From: Octopus sinensis
Taxonomy: Eukaryota
Length of the DNA: 64,000 bases
Assembly (NCBI RefSeq): GCF_006345805.1
Contig: NC_043012.1
Coordinates: 41,230,001 to 41,294,000 of the forward strand
Direction of reading: 5' to 3'
A model generated the notes under the pieces. It worked only from the letters and a program-made list of their open reading frames with translations. It made no database searches and had not been told where the DNA came from. A program made the translations under genes and the position numbers. This document shows positions 39,341-55,539 of the stretch, piece after piece (position 1 is the first letter of the stretch; each line of letters opens with the position of its first letter).

Positions 39341-40098
39341 AGTATTTAATCCTTTCCCACATGAAAGGAAGTACATCCTACCGTATCTGCGCACCCCACC
39401 ATGACTACAAACACACAGGTCCCCGGCCTAGTTCTTCCACATATACCCTCAGAACTGGCAAAGGGTTTTACTAAAGCACACACTGATGCACCCATGTACA
39501 CACACGTATGGGCCTCAAAATATACTCCCAACATATACCCTTACACACATATTGTACTCCTAAACATATTTAAACTCGCCACACACATGTTACACACTGC
39601 ACGCTAACATAATCCTCCAAATACAGAAAGAAAACAAACTAACGAACAGAATTATATATACCTATACCCTGGAAATGATTATACGTATGACATCACTACA
39701 CATATCACACATCCCATCCCCAGGGGAGCAGAGCAGTTGATAAAACACACAAACACATATCCTCAACAAACACTCCAAGATAGCTCTTATAGGCTTTGCA
39801 GTGTATCCAACAAGGGACATAACTCCTAACAGAATCCCATGACCCTTTTTCATCTCACAACATTTTTCACATCAATCGCAAACCGGATGTGCTAATTCAC
39901 TAACAACAATAGAGAGCAGTCGCCATATATCGGTTAACTCTGATGAGCGTAAGGTTATATTGTATTCCTTGCGCGAAACCTATCACTAAAATCATCCGTG
40001 ATGGTTATATAATACTGTCCACTTCGGATAATGTATATATATATATTATATATATATATATATATACGTTAAAAATATATATATATACGTTAAAATTA

Positions 40099-40137
<39 letters not shown>

Positions 40138-40666
40138 ATATATATAATTTTAAAAAAACGTGTAGTATTAAGCATACGAACGTATACTAAATACGCAGAA
40201 CAACAGAAGACGCAGGTCACCAACCCCTCTTCAGTTGTTGGTCAGAAGGTCTTGGACATTGTGTTTATCAGAATTACGAGTTAGATATCATTTACAACCT
40301 CATTTATGAAATCCTTTTCCAGCTTCCTTATTACTCCCAGGTCCACAGTACTGGGAAATTCTGTTGTGATGTTACCAGTGCATGGACGTCTTCCACGACT
40401 CGGCGAACAAATCGGAGGTATATTCAACTAAGTCTGGCATACAAACTCATTGGTCTGAATATCCAAAGCAGACGATCTGCGCTGCAAACATCCATTACAG
40501 CCCATAGGTATTCCACTTTCTATGTTTTCTTCTGCTGAATTTTGCGACAAGTCGATCGAGGTAAGCATGAAGGTCTACTACCATCATCTCTGCTCATGTG
40601 GGTGTGTGCATGGACATGTGAGATTATGTAAGTTTGAGAATATATGTATGTGAGTGCTACCACATG

Positions 40667-40711
<45 letters not shown>

Positions 40712-41980
40712 GTTTATATATTTGTTGTGCAAGATTTTTTATGTGAAGTCGTGTGTTGAAACAGATAATGTTATATTTCGGAATAGTCATTTTGCCAGTT
40801 TAGCCAATAAAAACACACGCACTATATATTTGGGTTAACTTGCTTCAGTGTTATTTATTTTTTATATTTTACATTAATCATAATCTTATTTCGGCCAAGA
40901 GTTCTTTCGTCACACTCCTGTGACTGCATCAGTGGTCCTTTGTTTTTCTTCTTCTATTGTGTCTCTCTTTACTAACCGTCAGCCATTTTGTATTTCTATT
41001 GTATATATATATATATATATATATATAGGCAAGCAGTGTTAGCAGTTGTAGTAACCGACTAAGGGATAATAATATCCGTATTTACTATCGGTATCAATTA
41101 CCTGTACTATCTCTAGGCACGGGAATGCAGGCACACTATGCTAATAAGATACAGGTAACAACAGATTAAAGAAAAGTTTATCTAGAATCAAATTTAAATA
41201 ATCAGAAAATGGAGAAGACTTATTAATTCCACCTCATCGGTTAATTGTTGATCATAAGTTTTCTCCATTTTCTGATTATATATATATTCATTTATTCTTT
41301 TATTTGTTTCAGTTATTTGACTGGGGCCATGTTGGAGCACTTGATTAAGATGATAAAAATTACAAGTAAAGTAGTCATTTCACCTTTTTAGAAAAGAAAA
41401 GAAATTGAGAATGTCGACACTTGAAAGAGTCGTCGTCGCAGTTCCCGCTGCCTGTCTATTTTCTTCACGTTCTCGTTTCATTCCTTAATCATTTATACAA
41501 CGTTCGAGTGCCGTAGACTGAGAGATAGAAATTCTCCACATATTTTTATCAGATATTTTTTGAATCACACTACTTTATTTTAAATTTTTCTTAAAGGGGA
41601 AAATTACTATTTTAATTAAAGTAAATTATTAATCTTTATCATCTTAATCAAAAGGCAGAAAAACAGAGAGAGAGAGAGAGGCTATTTCCTTCTAGATGAT
41701 GATCATTTGTAATCGGAGGAGTTGAGCCTCATAGGAACGGAAGAACAAACAACAGATGGGTTGTACCTTATAAGGAAACTCTTTTAAAATCATTGAAATG
41801 CCAGTGCAACGTTGAATATTATTATCATTATTAATATTATTATTATTATTATTATTAATATTATTATCATTATTAATATTATTATTATTACTATTATTAT
41901 TATTATCATTATTAATATTATTATTATTATTATTAATATTATTATCATTATTAATATTATTATTATTATTATTATTATTA

Positions 41981-42014
<34 letters not shown>

Positions 42015-42039
42015 CATTATTAATATTATTATTACTATT

Positions 42040-42107
<68 letters not shown>

Positions 42108-42109
42108 TA

Positions 42110-42630
42110 CATCAATGAGGTAAATTAAGTATGTCATGAAATACACGCAAAAAAGAAAAGATCAACGATAACGCAATTAGTATATTTCTGATGCGTTTAT
42201 TGGACCATCCGATACAGTTGCATCCATTTTAGAATTCTCAATTTACGAAACCGTACTTGCAATAGTGAGACTGCAAGTTCATCTACCAGATGAGCAAAGA
42301 ATATTACTCAGAAGTAATGAGGATTTATATGGCTGTGAATGAACGACATATGAGAACAACGTTGATAGAATTCTTTTCGTTGTGTATCAATAATGATTTT
42401 GAAAAAACATTACTTTATGCTGAAGAACCCATGCATTTCCCTTGAAACTGTAAATAATGAAACTGCAAAGAACGGCAAAGAAGAAAACGAGGAATCAAAA
42501 TTGAAAACCATTTCAATATTTCAAGGAAGAAATACATGCTCGTGTTTATGTTGACAGACAAAAAACAGGAGAGCTACACTATTTAAGGATTTTATTGTAA
42601 GAAGTTCGAAATAATATTTCGTTTCTCTAT
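42110..42630 (+). mobile_element. Degraded Helitron Rep/helicase coding fragment
   Basis: YVMKY...RFIGPSD...IVRLQVHLPDEQ...TTLIEFFSLC...LLYAEEPMHF...YLRILL..VR, with stops and frameshifts. Confidence 0.7.
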
Positions 42631-42987
42631 TCACTCGTATAAATATGTGTATGTATGTATATATGCATGTAGTGTTTGAAATGGTGTACAGATATTGTAT
42701 ATTCAGAGAAAGGAGGCAGTCAGAATTTTGGATAATTCTTTATTAGCGATTTCGTTCGTTTATTGAACTCTTCAATATAAAATCGAAACCAAAATGGCAA
42801 AAGCAGAACCTTTCGTCGTTCATGAATCGGACATTTCTTTTTTGTTTTTATGGGGAAATGGAGAGAGACAGAAAAGCAAAGATGGCGGGGGAAATAGAGA
42901 ATGAGAGAGGTTTCAGCAAAATAAAGAAAGAAGAGAAAAATAATAAAGACTAGGTAGATAGATGGATAGAGATAGATAGATAGATAA

Positions 42988-43022
<35 letters not shown>

Positions 43023-43023
43023 T

Positions 43024-43141
<118 letters not shown>

Positions 43142-43171
43142 GGATAGAGAGACAGATGAATAGACAGATAG

Positions 43172-43238
<67 letters not shown>

Positions 43239-43916
43239 CAGACAGATAGATAGATTGATAGAGATAGAGAGTTAGGGGAGGTTTCTTTTCGATTTGATGT
43301 GGTCAATTCATTGAAATTTAATTACAAAGCATTTTTCGTTTTCTTTCTTCTTTCTTTTTATTTCACATTGTATACCTATCAACATATTTTCTCAGAAGGG
43401 CCGACGACCTTTGAAAATATCAATTTTAGGAAGTAGGCTTGAAAAAAAGGAGAGAAGAAGGAAGGGTGCGGTCATCGCTAAAAATAAGTGCAGCACGAAG
43501 TTTTGTCAGTGAACAGGTCACGGTCTCAAAGCGACGAAAATATTTTGACAAATTAAACTTAAATGTCGAAGTGAATCTAACGGTTTTTGTGTGTTTCTTA
43601 AATGGCTTATAAACACCTCCCACGTTGCAATTGTTTTCGTTCCAGCACACGATCTCAGATCAAGTCACTCGCTATGCAAGTACATCTCCGTAATATATAT
43701 ATATATACATATAACTATGTGTGTGTTTGAAAGTTGTGGTTTTTTGGTATGTTTGTTCCCAAACAACACAACACTTATTTTAGTACTGTTGACACCGCCG
43801 GATTGAATGGTTCTACCCAGCTGTCGAAACCGTAATGACACCCCTGGTGCAGCTGATGATAGTATGTTGGATTGTTGATATGGCTGGGCGGTGGAAAGTA
43901 TTAGAACACAACCTTT

Positions 43917-43967
<51 letters not shown>

Positions 43968-44661
43968 AAAAAGGAGATGTGGAACACGAGTTGTGATATA
44001 TAAAAGGAAATGAAGAAAATGCTGACAAAATAATTTAAATAATTTAAGTAATTTAATTAGGTGAAGTTCTTTTTACCGGTTGCGCATTTGTTATGCTTAT
44101 CAAAAGATGTTTTTTTAAGAGAGATAGAGTTACTTTCTGATAGATTTTTTCCTCTTATCTATATATATATATAGACCATCTGTCTCCATCTTTTGTTTTT
44201 TGTGAATTCTCCCCCTATATATATATGTATGCATATATATATATATATATTCCGAATTTTTGTAAATGTGTACAGAATGAATTATTAGTTGAATAAAACA
44301 AAAACATGATCTGATTTCCACGTTTTTTATTATGGTATATAAAAAAAAATAAATGTTTTTACAATGTTGAAGTGTGTTAAAAGGGCTTGTACTGTAGGGT
44401 CCGGCGAACCTATTTTACACATACTTATGGGTTTAAAAAAATTATAGTATAGTTTATAGTATTGAACTAAGAGAAAGTGATATAGAGACCTAACGATTGG
44501 GGTTATATTTTAAGAATGGTTCTAGCAAGATACGGAGTGGTTTAGGAACCGGGAAATGTGCCTCATGAAACACGTGTAGCCAAGTTATAAAGTAGTAAGT
44601 ATTTAAAATAAAAATTCTTTTTTATATGGTGAGATAAGGGGCCTACTATCTCTAAATGGAA

Positions 44662-44703
<42 letters not shown>

Positions 44704-44754
44704 TGTGTGTGTGTGTGTGTGGTGTGTGTGTGTGTGTGTTGTGTGTGTGTGTGT

Positions 44755-44788
<34 letters not shown>

Positions 44789-45295
44789 CATGTATGTATG
44801 TATACTTTAAGTTCGTTTGAGAGAAAGGTTTTTGGGTACGCACATAAGAACTATTCATTTTGTAGGCTACGGCTTCGTCATTCCAACTTTCAACAACAGT
44901 TTTAGGAGATCGTACCGAGGTTAGCTGATATATTGTACGTTAAATATAATAATAATAATAATAATAATAAAATAATAATAATAATAATAATAATAATGAT
45001 AATAATAATAATAATAATAATATTAATAATGATAATAATGATAATAATAATATAATAATAATAATAATAATAATATAATAATGATAATAATAATAATAAT
45101 AATATTAATAATATAATATAATAATATTAATAATGATAATAATATAATAATAATATTAATAATAATAAAATAATAATATATAATAATAATAATAATAATA
45201 ATATAATAATAATAATAATAAATAATAATAATAATAATAATGATAATAATATTAATAATAATAATAACAATAATAATATTAATAATGATATTAGT

Positions 45296-45335
<40 letters not shown>

Positions 45336-45352
45336 TTAATAATGATAATCAT

Positions 45353-45422
<70 letters not shown>

Positions 45423-45683
45423 TAATAATAATAATAGTAATAGTAATAGTAATCCATGGGTGGAATTCATTAAATGTTTTAAAGTATCGCTTCGCACGTT
45501 TCCACGAATCCCAAGTAATTTGTGAAGATAGTTCACATTTCTATGCGAACTACGGTTACAAAATCATGCGACTGGTGGAAGCTCACATTGCGATAAATAA
45601 AAAAAATTCCATGATTATAATTATTATTACTATATATATATGTATGTATGCATATATTCAAATATATGTATATGTATATATGC

Positions 45684-45728
<45 letters not shown>

Positions 45729-45772
45729 CATACATATATATATACACATACACACACACACACACACATACT

Positions 45773-45810
<38 letters not shown>

Positions 45811-45962
45811 GTATATATATTATATTAAATTAGAGACAAAACCACTATTATGCAAATCAAACAAAGAAAGACTTAAGCCAATACATAAATTTTTCCCTGT
45901 AAGTTTGGATTTATTCCCTAATTTTTATATATATAATATATATATATATTATTATATATATA

Positions 45963-46007
<45 letters not shown>

Positions 46008-46929
46008 CAGGCACGCATGCACACACATACACAATGGGAATGACTAGAAGAAAGAGTAATGAACTTGGAGAAAATAAACTGGAGAAAGACTTTGAAATAA
46101 AAACACGTTTCTCTTAAATATTTTTGTCTCATATCAAAATACAGAATCTGTCTTCTTATTCTCTCTTTTTCAATTGGAAAATTCGTTTCATGTTTTTGTT
46201 CTCCGCTTTGTTTATGTCTTTGTTTTTGCTTTTCTTTGTTATTTCTTTCGTTTCCACCAATTACTTCCCCTTCGTTCTCTGCTGATTCTTCCCTTTGTTT
46301 GTGATTACTTCTGCGTTACTGTATACAATCGCTACTGCTGTTGTTTTCACTGTTGTTGCTAACGTTGATGTTGATGGCGTTGCTGTTGTTGTTGTTCTTC
46401 GCGCCATTGCTGTTTCTAGCCTCAGTGCGCCTAAGTTAATTAGAATAAATTCTGATTGATAGATTGATGGTTCTCTAAAATGTGTAACAAACGGAGTAGG
46501 TTCAGTTTTCCCCTGGATTTTCTTCGTGGAAAGTTTACTTAAAATGAAATGAATTCAGCTCTTAGGTGTTTCTCTTCGATAGACATTGTCTCTTGTTTTT
46601 TACCTGCTGTGTGTGTATGTCTGCATCTGCGTGTGTGTGCGTGTGTGTGCTGTTGCGCTCTTCTTCAGAGATCTACGAAATAAACTGAAAAAGAGGAAAA
46701 TTAATTCGTTAAACGGATGTCATACGTATTCATCAATAATCATAAGAATCCTATACGTTTGTTTGTTTGTGTGTGTGTGCGCGCGTGTCCGTGCTTGTGC
46801 ATGTGTGTGTGTGCTGGTGACTGTGTGATTGCATGTGTAAATATGTATGTTTATAGATAAGCATATAGATATATATGGTATATAATATATAATATATATA
46901 TATATATATATATGAAATGAAAGTAGATA

Positions 46930-47092
<163 letters not shown>

Positions 47093-47918
47093 TTAGATAC
47101 AAAGATAGATTAATTTCACCTGAGGTTAAAATCACCATTGAACGGTGTGGTAAATAATATTGCTTTCTATCTAGAGATAAGATTCCAATCAAATAAAATC
47201 GAACTTGACTGCTGATTAATTTTATTGATTTCAACAGTAATTAATATCCATGTACATTTATTAATTTTATAATTTTTCTTTTGGTTTTAAATGAATTTTT
47301 ATGAAGATCCATTCGGTACTAAACACAAGGCTTGTGATGTAAACTAAATCTGTTGTGGAATACGATGTTGATTTACCGTATAGCCACAAACTGGGATCAT
47401 TTAGCCAGTGGTGGGTGTGGTTGTTAGGAATAAAGCCAATAGTTCATTGGGACATATTTCACCAAACGTACAATTGATGGTGTTTGAACGTAGAATGCAA
47501 GATATGATTCCTATATACATTTAGATTCTATAAACCATTTCTTCGTTTCTTTCCTGCATCTATTAAGATACCACGTTTAAGCATATTCTTGATTTTCGAC
47601 TGGGAAAATTAAATTATAGTATTGAAATAGAAGTATAATTAATCAAAATAGTTAGCTCTGTCTTAAAGGGAATTATTATTGGAGTTGCAGGGTATGTCGG
47701 CTGTTTGTTATTTCTGTTAGTTTAGAAGCGTTTTTTTTTTTGGTGCTGATGTTGTTGATAATGTTATTTTGCAGTTCATGGTATCTTCGTATCAAGTTCC
47801 ATTCTTAACATAAACATAGATGACTTTATTAAATGAAATATCAACGGACTAATAACAGAAACATGTAAACTTGCCTGTATTGGAGCGACCAGAGCTAATT
47901 CATATGGAATAAGATAAT

Positions 47919-48318
47919 TCAGGCCTCTATTTTGGAGCCATCGAAGATATCTAAGACTTTGTACTCCTCTGAAGAAGTACTCCATCCTCTTTTATATAAT
48001 TCCTTTGAAAGTTTCAACGGATTTTGAGAATCTTCAGTATTAGACATTTCTGCATCGAGGGACTGCGGTACTTCCTTAACAGAACGTTTCAATATTCGAT
48101 GTACCTTGCCATTATAACGAGCGAGAGGATTCAAAACTCCCCTACCCGCTTTCTTGCGCTTTTCTTCAATCATTTTACCGCGCACCTTTTCCATCATATT
48201 ATAAATCTCATTTATCTCTTGTTTAGTCTGTCCGCGTTTAACTCTGAGAGAGCTGGACTATTCATAGCTGCATTCCTCATCGCTCTCTTCTCGGCATTTG
48301 AACCAGCCATATTGCCAT
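47919..48318 (-). CDS. Secreted peptide precursor B, last coding exon, with an apparent 1-nt deletion near 48245 (160 aa if corrected, 62 aa as written)
   Basis: TTCCTTTCTATTTCTAG acceptor, phase 1; (D)GNMAGSNAEKRAMRNAAMNSPAL/RVKR-GQTKQEINEIYNMMEKVRGKMIEEKRKKAGRGVLNPLARYNGKVHRILKR-SVKE...ELYKR-GWSTSSEEYKVLDIFDGSKIEA-stop. Confidence 0.78.
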
Positions 48319-48528
48319 CTAGAAATAGAAAGGAATACAGAAAAGCAACAGATAGAAGTCACTTTCTACTTTAAACGAAAAACAAAATAACAGCAACAAT
48401 TTATGGAGTACACATACTTTTACAATTCTCCGAATTCCATTCCTTATTTTTTTTCCTCTTTGCCATTCATTGTGCATATATGTGAGTGTCTGTGTGTCTG
48501 TGTGTATGAATTCATGTATGTCTATTTT

Positions 48529-48567
<39 letters not shown>

Positions 48568-48568
48568 C

Positions 48569-50630
<2,062 letters not shown>

Positions 50631-51026
50631 TTATCTATCTATCTGTCTGTCTCTCTGTCTGTCTTTCTATCTATCTACCTATCTATCTAGCTAGCTATCT
50701 CGTAGCTAGCTATATATCTACCTGTCTGTCTGTCAGCCGTCAGTCTGTCACTTTGTCTGCCTGTCTACGTAAAAGCAATGACTGGAATGAAGAATATCGG
50801 ATTACTATTTGAGACTTATGACATATATTCCAGTGATCATCCATATTGTGTAAGCATTGTCATAGAAAGAAAAAGTTCCAAAATACAAAGCGATCCACAT
50901 TCTCCGTATTAGCTTACGTCTACATTAATATATATCTATCTAAAAAAAAACATACAAACAAGGTTATTAATCAATGAGCCAATGAACGAATCAACCGATC
51001 CCTGTCTGTCTGTCTGTCTGTCTGTC

Positions 51027-51081
<55 letters not shown>

Positions 51082-51100
51082 CTATCTATCTATCTATCTC

Positions 51101-51200
<100 letters not shown>

Positions 51201-51337
51201 ACTGTCTGTCTGTCTGTCTATCTCAATATATATACATATATCATGGTTTATATGGCGAGGCAGTGCATAAGTAAGAAAACAATTGGCAGAGAGAGAAAAG
51301 GAAACAAGAGAAAGAGAGAGAGGAGAGAGAGAGAGAG

Positions 51338-51380
<43 letters not shown>

Positions 51381-51789
51381 AAAGAAATGTAGAGAATAAA
51401 GAGAGAAGATAGAGAAAAGAAAAGATGAAGAAATGCAGAGAAATTAGGAAAGGGGAAGAATGTAAAAAAAAAACGAAAAATAAAAAGAAATTGTATACTG
51501 GACATACAAACAAAAAAATATATAAATATACAACAATATGTTAAAGTAAATGAAAAGAATATATAGGGGAGGCACGGCGAAAATTCTTGAAGCCAATCAG
51601 AAAGAAATCTAGGAATAGAGAAGGAACGCGATTCTTGGATAATAAGCAGAGTCTTAGTTGGTCACCCAAGGGAATCCATCCGGAAATGCAAAAGATGGTT
51701 GCTTCCGGATTTTACTCACTATGCCTTTAGACCCTCCCAGGAATAGTTGGCAGCAAAAAAGAGATGGACGGATTTATATATATGTAGAG

Positions 51790-52540
51790 GGTGCGTAAGA
51801 TATTTGAGGACAGATCTATGTTTACAAAAAGAAAACAGATATATATATATGATTAGAGATAATAGCTTTATTTATCATGAAAATGCTATGAGGATGAAAA
51901 TAAACCTTTTCTATAACGTTATTCAACAACTGCTTCTATATGAGATCAGATCATCTACACGCTCGAATCATGCTGGTTCATTTTAGCATGTTCATTGACT
52001 TCTTTCTCAATGACGCTCCACATGTAATAGTCCAATGGATTGAGATCTGTGGAATTAGGAGGCCAAATGTTAGAGCTTATGTGATCATGAAAAGTTTCAG
52101 CCATCCATGCTACGAGAGCCATGTGTGATAGTGTAGAGTCTTACTGAAACACGTACGGCATTTTATTACATACACTGACTATCCAGAGTTTAACAATTAT
52201 TTCCAGGACCTCAGTGTAGGTGACAGTGTTAACTCTAAGGCGTTGCGGAAAGAAGGCGGCATCATATGTCCTTCATTGATGACAACCCCTAAAAGTTGCA
52301 GGAAATTTTGTATGCATAACACTTGGAACTTCAGAAAGGTCTACACTTAACCATCTGTCATTTCTTCTGTTAACTTTTTGATCTTGGTCGAAGTTTTTCT
52401 CGTTTGATAAAAACCAAATCAAATTTTCTTTTGCTGGATCTTTCAGTTTGTTTAACAGCCTTGCTAGCAGAACATCGGTAGTAGTAATTACTCAACGTAG
52501 AGTATTCCATTAGCTAATCATCAGACCGAAGATAACTTAG
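51790..52540 (-). mobile_element. Degraded mariner/maT-like transposon
   Basis: Minus strand reads WPPNSTDLNPLDYYMWSVIE at about 52005-52065; boundaries approximate. Confidence 0.65.
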
Positions 52541-52777
52541 TTAAATGCAAGTTACATTGTCGTCAAATGAATGCTTGGTTCTCGAGTCATGCCAGGCTCA
52601 TAGGGCGGGTTCCCTGGTTTCTGTGGCATATATATTCCATCCCCCACTGAATGGGATGCCGGTCTGTGGCAGGATTATTCCTTTTTCCTGGCTGAATGGA
52701 CTGGAGCAACGTGAAATGAAGTGTTTTGCTCAAGAACACAACGCGTCGCCCGGTTCAGGAACTGAAACCACACCTGT

Positions 52778-52830
<53 letters not shown>

Positions 52831-53114
52831 TTGTCTGTGTGCGTGTATGTGTGCTTGCGCGCCTGTAGTTGTATGAATGATACGCATAGACTCTAATACG
52901 TAAATACCGAACCCGTAAGAACGAGTGTTCAATCCTTAGGATATGTAGATAAATTCTCGTAATAGAATTTACACGACATTTCTAGAACGCACACTTCCAT
53001 GCTGACAAAAATATACAATTTACAAGAAATGCAATCTCAAACGATGACTGAATAGTTGATACGAGTGAGTTGCCCGATCATAAGACAGAATTTGATGTTT
53101 TCCCCAATGTAGTT

Positions 53115-53151
<37 letters not shown>

Positions 53152-53307
53152 CAGCAGTAGCACCCTTTTTCCCTTTCTTTCCCGTTACCGTAACAGCTAC
53201 TAAATACACGTCGCCAACTGTTATATATGAACGCGTTGAAGAGCAAACTTGTCAGTGAAGAAGGTGAATAAAGGTTAGATGGAGTAAAACCAGACAAAAC
53301 AACTTAC

Positions 53308-53389
53308 CATCAGGTTCTTCAGTGTTGACATTTCCCCAAATTAAGGCAGCTACGATTATCAAAAAGTACAGGGCCAAGTGTCTCTTCAT
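53308..53389 (-). CDS. Secreted peptide precursor B, signal-peptide exon (exon starts at about 53414)
   Basis: MKRHLALYFLIIVAALIWGNVNTEEPD, then G|GTAAGT; 82 coding nt and an acceptor 25 nt upstream of the ATG, exactly as in gene A. Not in the ORF track. Confidence 0.85.
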
Positions 53390-53461
53390 TTCTAAAATAT
53401 TTTGTAGCTTTAAGCTTTAGAATACGAAAAAATAGAAGAAATAAGACAAAAACTATATAAG

Positions 53462-53514
<53 letters not shown>

Positions 53515-54066
53515 GCACACATATTATACACACACACAACACATATATATATATATATATATATGCACACATATTATACACACACACACACACATATATA
53601 TATTATATATATATATAACGTTGATAACAGAAAAACAGAAAGGAGAGTGGAGATTTTATTCACATCCCAAAACTTCTTTATCTAAGCTTTCTGCAGTGTA
53701 TACATCTGACCTACATCTGTTTCGACAGCAACGACTGTAAATAGCTTTGTATACAATTATGCATTCTAGTCGTTGCAATTTCGTCAAGGCTCGATCACTC
53801 GCAAAGTTTTCAACAAAGTGAACTGATTCAAACAACAAGCGTCCTGCGTTGGTATTTTGTTGAAGCTGATAGCGTTACTGTGTATATTCGATGGGTTATT
53901 GATGTTCTAATCACTTCTACTGGTAATACAGTTGAAGTGTGCTTTTAAATTGTTTATTCAGATTTCAATTAACTGTAGCAGTTTTGTTAACATGTTTTTG
54001 TACGGTACACATTATTTATTCAGAGGTATTTTGGGTTTATACCCTCGATTATTATTATTATTATTA

Positions 54067-54110
<44 letters not shown>

Positions 54111-54187
54111 TATTATATTATCATTATTATTATTATTATTATTTTATTATGTTATTATTGTTATTATTATTATTATGATTATTATTA

Positions 54188-54218
<31 letters not shown>

Positions 54219-54304
54219 GTTATTATGTTATTATTATTATTATTATTATATTATTATTATATTATTATTTATTATATCATTATTAATATAATTATTATTA
54301 TGTG

Positions 54305-54660
54305 ATGAAAGCTCACAGCTTATTTTGCTGGGTGTGATGGAAAGTGTCAGCTGTCCACAGGCAGCAGACTAAGGTGACACTTGTTTATTGGTCATCTTTC
54401 AAGAACTTTGCGAAAACTTCTTGCAGTTCCGAGCAATGCTAATTTTTGTAGGTGTTCTACCTTCACACTTGCACCGATCTTTTTCAGCCATGCTGGTAGT
54501 TGAGTGCTGCTACTTCCAACTGCGCCGTTTACTATTGCTTTCACGTCCTCTCTCCTCATTGACCACCACTTTCGTATTTCCCCACTTGAAATCGTTGTAG
54601 TTGTTCGTTTTTCTCCTTTCTCATTGATCCTGTCGTCACCTGGGCATGATATAACGATTA
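54305..54660 (-). mobile_element. Dong/R4-like 3' fragment next to (TAA)n
   Basis: EIRKWWSM...IVNGAVG...LQKLALLGTARSFRKVLE; 3' UTR nearly identical to 1455-1540. Confidence 0.75.
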
Positions 54661-54972
54661 TCATGCTTTTTCTTTCTTTTTTATTCGCCACAACAATGTC
54701 CATATATGCGTGTGTGTGTTATCTTTGTGCTTCTGTTTGTCCCCACCTCCATCGCTTGACTACCGATGGTGGTGTGTTTACGTCACCGTAACATAGCGGT
54801 TCAGCAAAGAGACCGACAGAATAAATACCAGACTTAGAAAGAATAATCCAGGGATCAATTTCTTCGACTAAAAGGCGGTGCTCCAGTATGACCCCGGTCA
54901 GAGGACTGAAACAAGTAAAAGATTAAAGGAATAAATATATGTGTGTATGTGGGTGTATGAGAGAGAGAGAGG

Positions 54973-55015
<43 letters not shown>

Positions 55016-55300
55016 GATAAGAAGTAGAAAGTCTTTGGTATTGTGTTATATATTTGAAAAGATGAATAGATGTGACTTTTCTGATCATTTTAACAATTTA
55101 ATAATTAAATGTTTACTAATTATAAATAATAAATATAACAATAACAAAATAATATAATAATAATAAAATAATAAATGCCTACATACATACATATATATGT
55201 GTGTGTTTAGTGTGTGTTTAGTGTGTGTTTAGTGTGTGTTTAGTGTTATATAATAAATGTTATAAAATAAATGTTTAGTGTTATATAATAAATGACATAC

Positions 55301-55363
55301 CGTATGAGAATTTCTTGACAAGCGCGTTGTCTAATGAGAATTAAAAATCACTGCCCTTATATA
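55301..55363 (-). promoter_or_regulatory. Gene B TATA box and short non-coding first exon
   Basis: TATATAAG (55363-55356), then ...CTCATACG|GTATGT donor at 55301/55300; homologous to 30433-30487. Confidence 0.65.
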
Positions 55364-55539
55364 GTAACAGCTAGTAGTAGTGATAGTAGTAGCAGCAGCA
55401 GCAGCAGTGGTAGTTATGGTTTAAGGATATGCAACTCACCCTTCGTCAAACGAAGGTGGAGGAGAAGAGTGTCGGTGTAGAGGGGATAGTGTTGGTTATG
55501 GTGGTTTCGTTGGCTGAAATACTGGTGATGTTGGTGACA

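Noticed and set aside
40886-40940. Hammerhead-like motifs at 40886-40940 (-), 10280-10330 (-), 30105-30135 (-) and 61885-61915 (+)
   Set aside because: The core (CUGANGA) or stem I is mutated; likely decayed Penelope remnants, not called as ribozymes.
48024-48374. Plus-strand ORFs 48024-48374 and 25656-25901, which resemble each other
   Set aside because: They are antisense shadows of the minus-strand precursor exons; splice signals and signal peptides support the minus strand.
55200-55285. Short tandem GTGTGTTTA repeats resembling an array with spacers
   Set aside because: Simple minisatellite in eukaryotic DNA; no unique spacers or cas genes, so not CRISPR.
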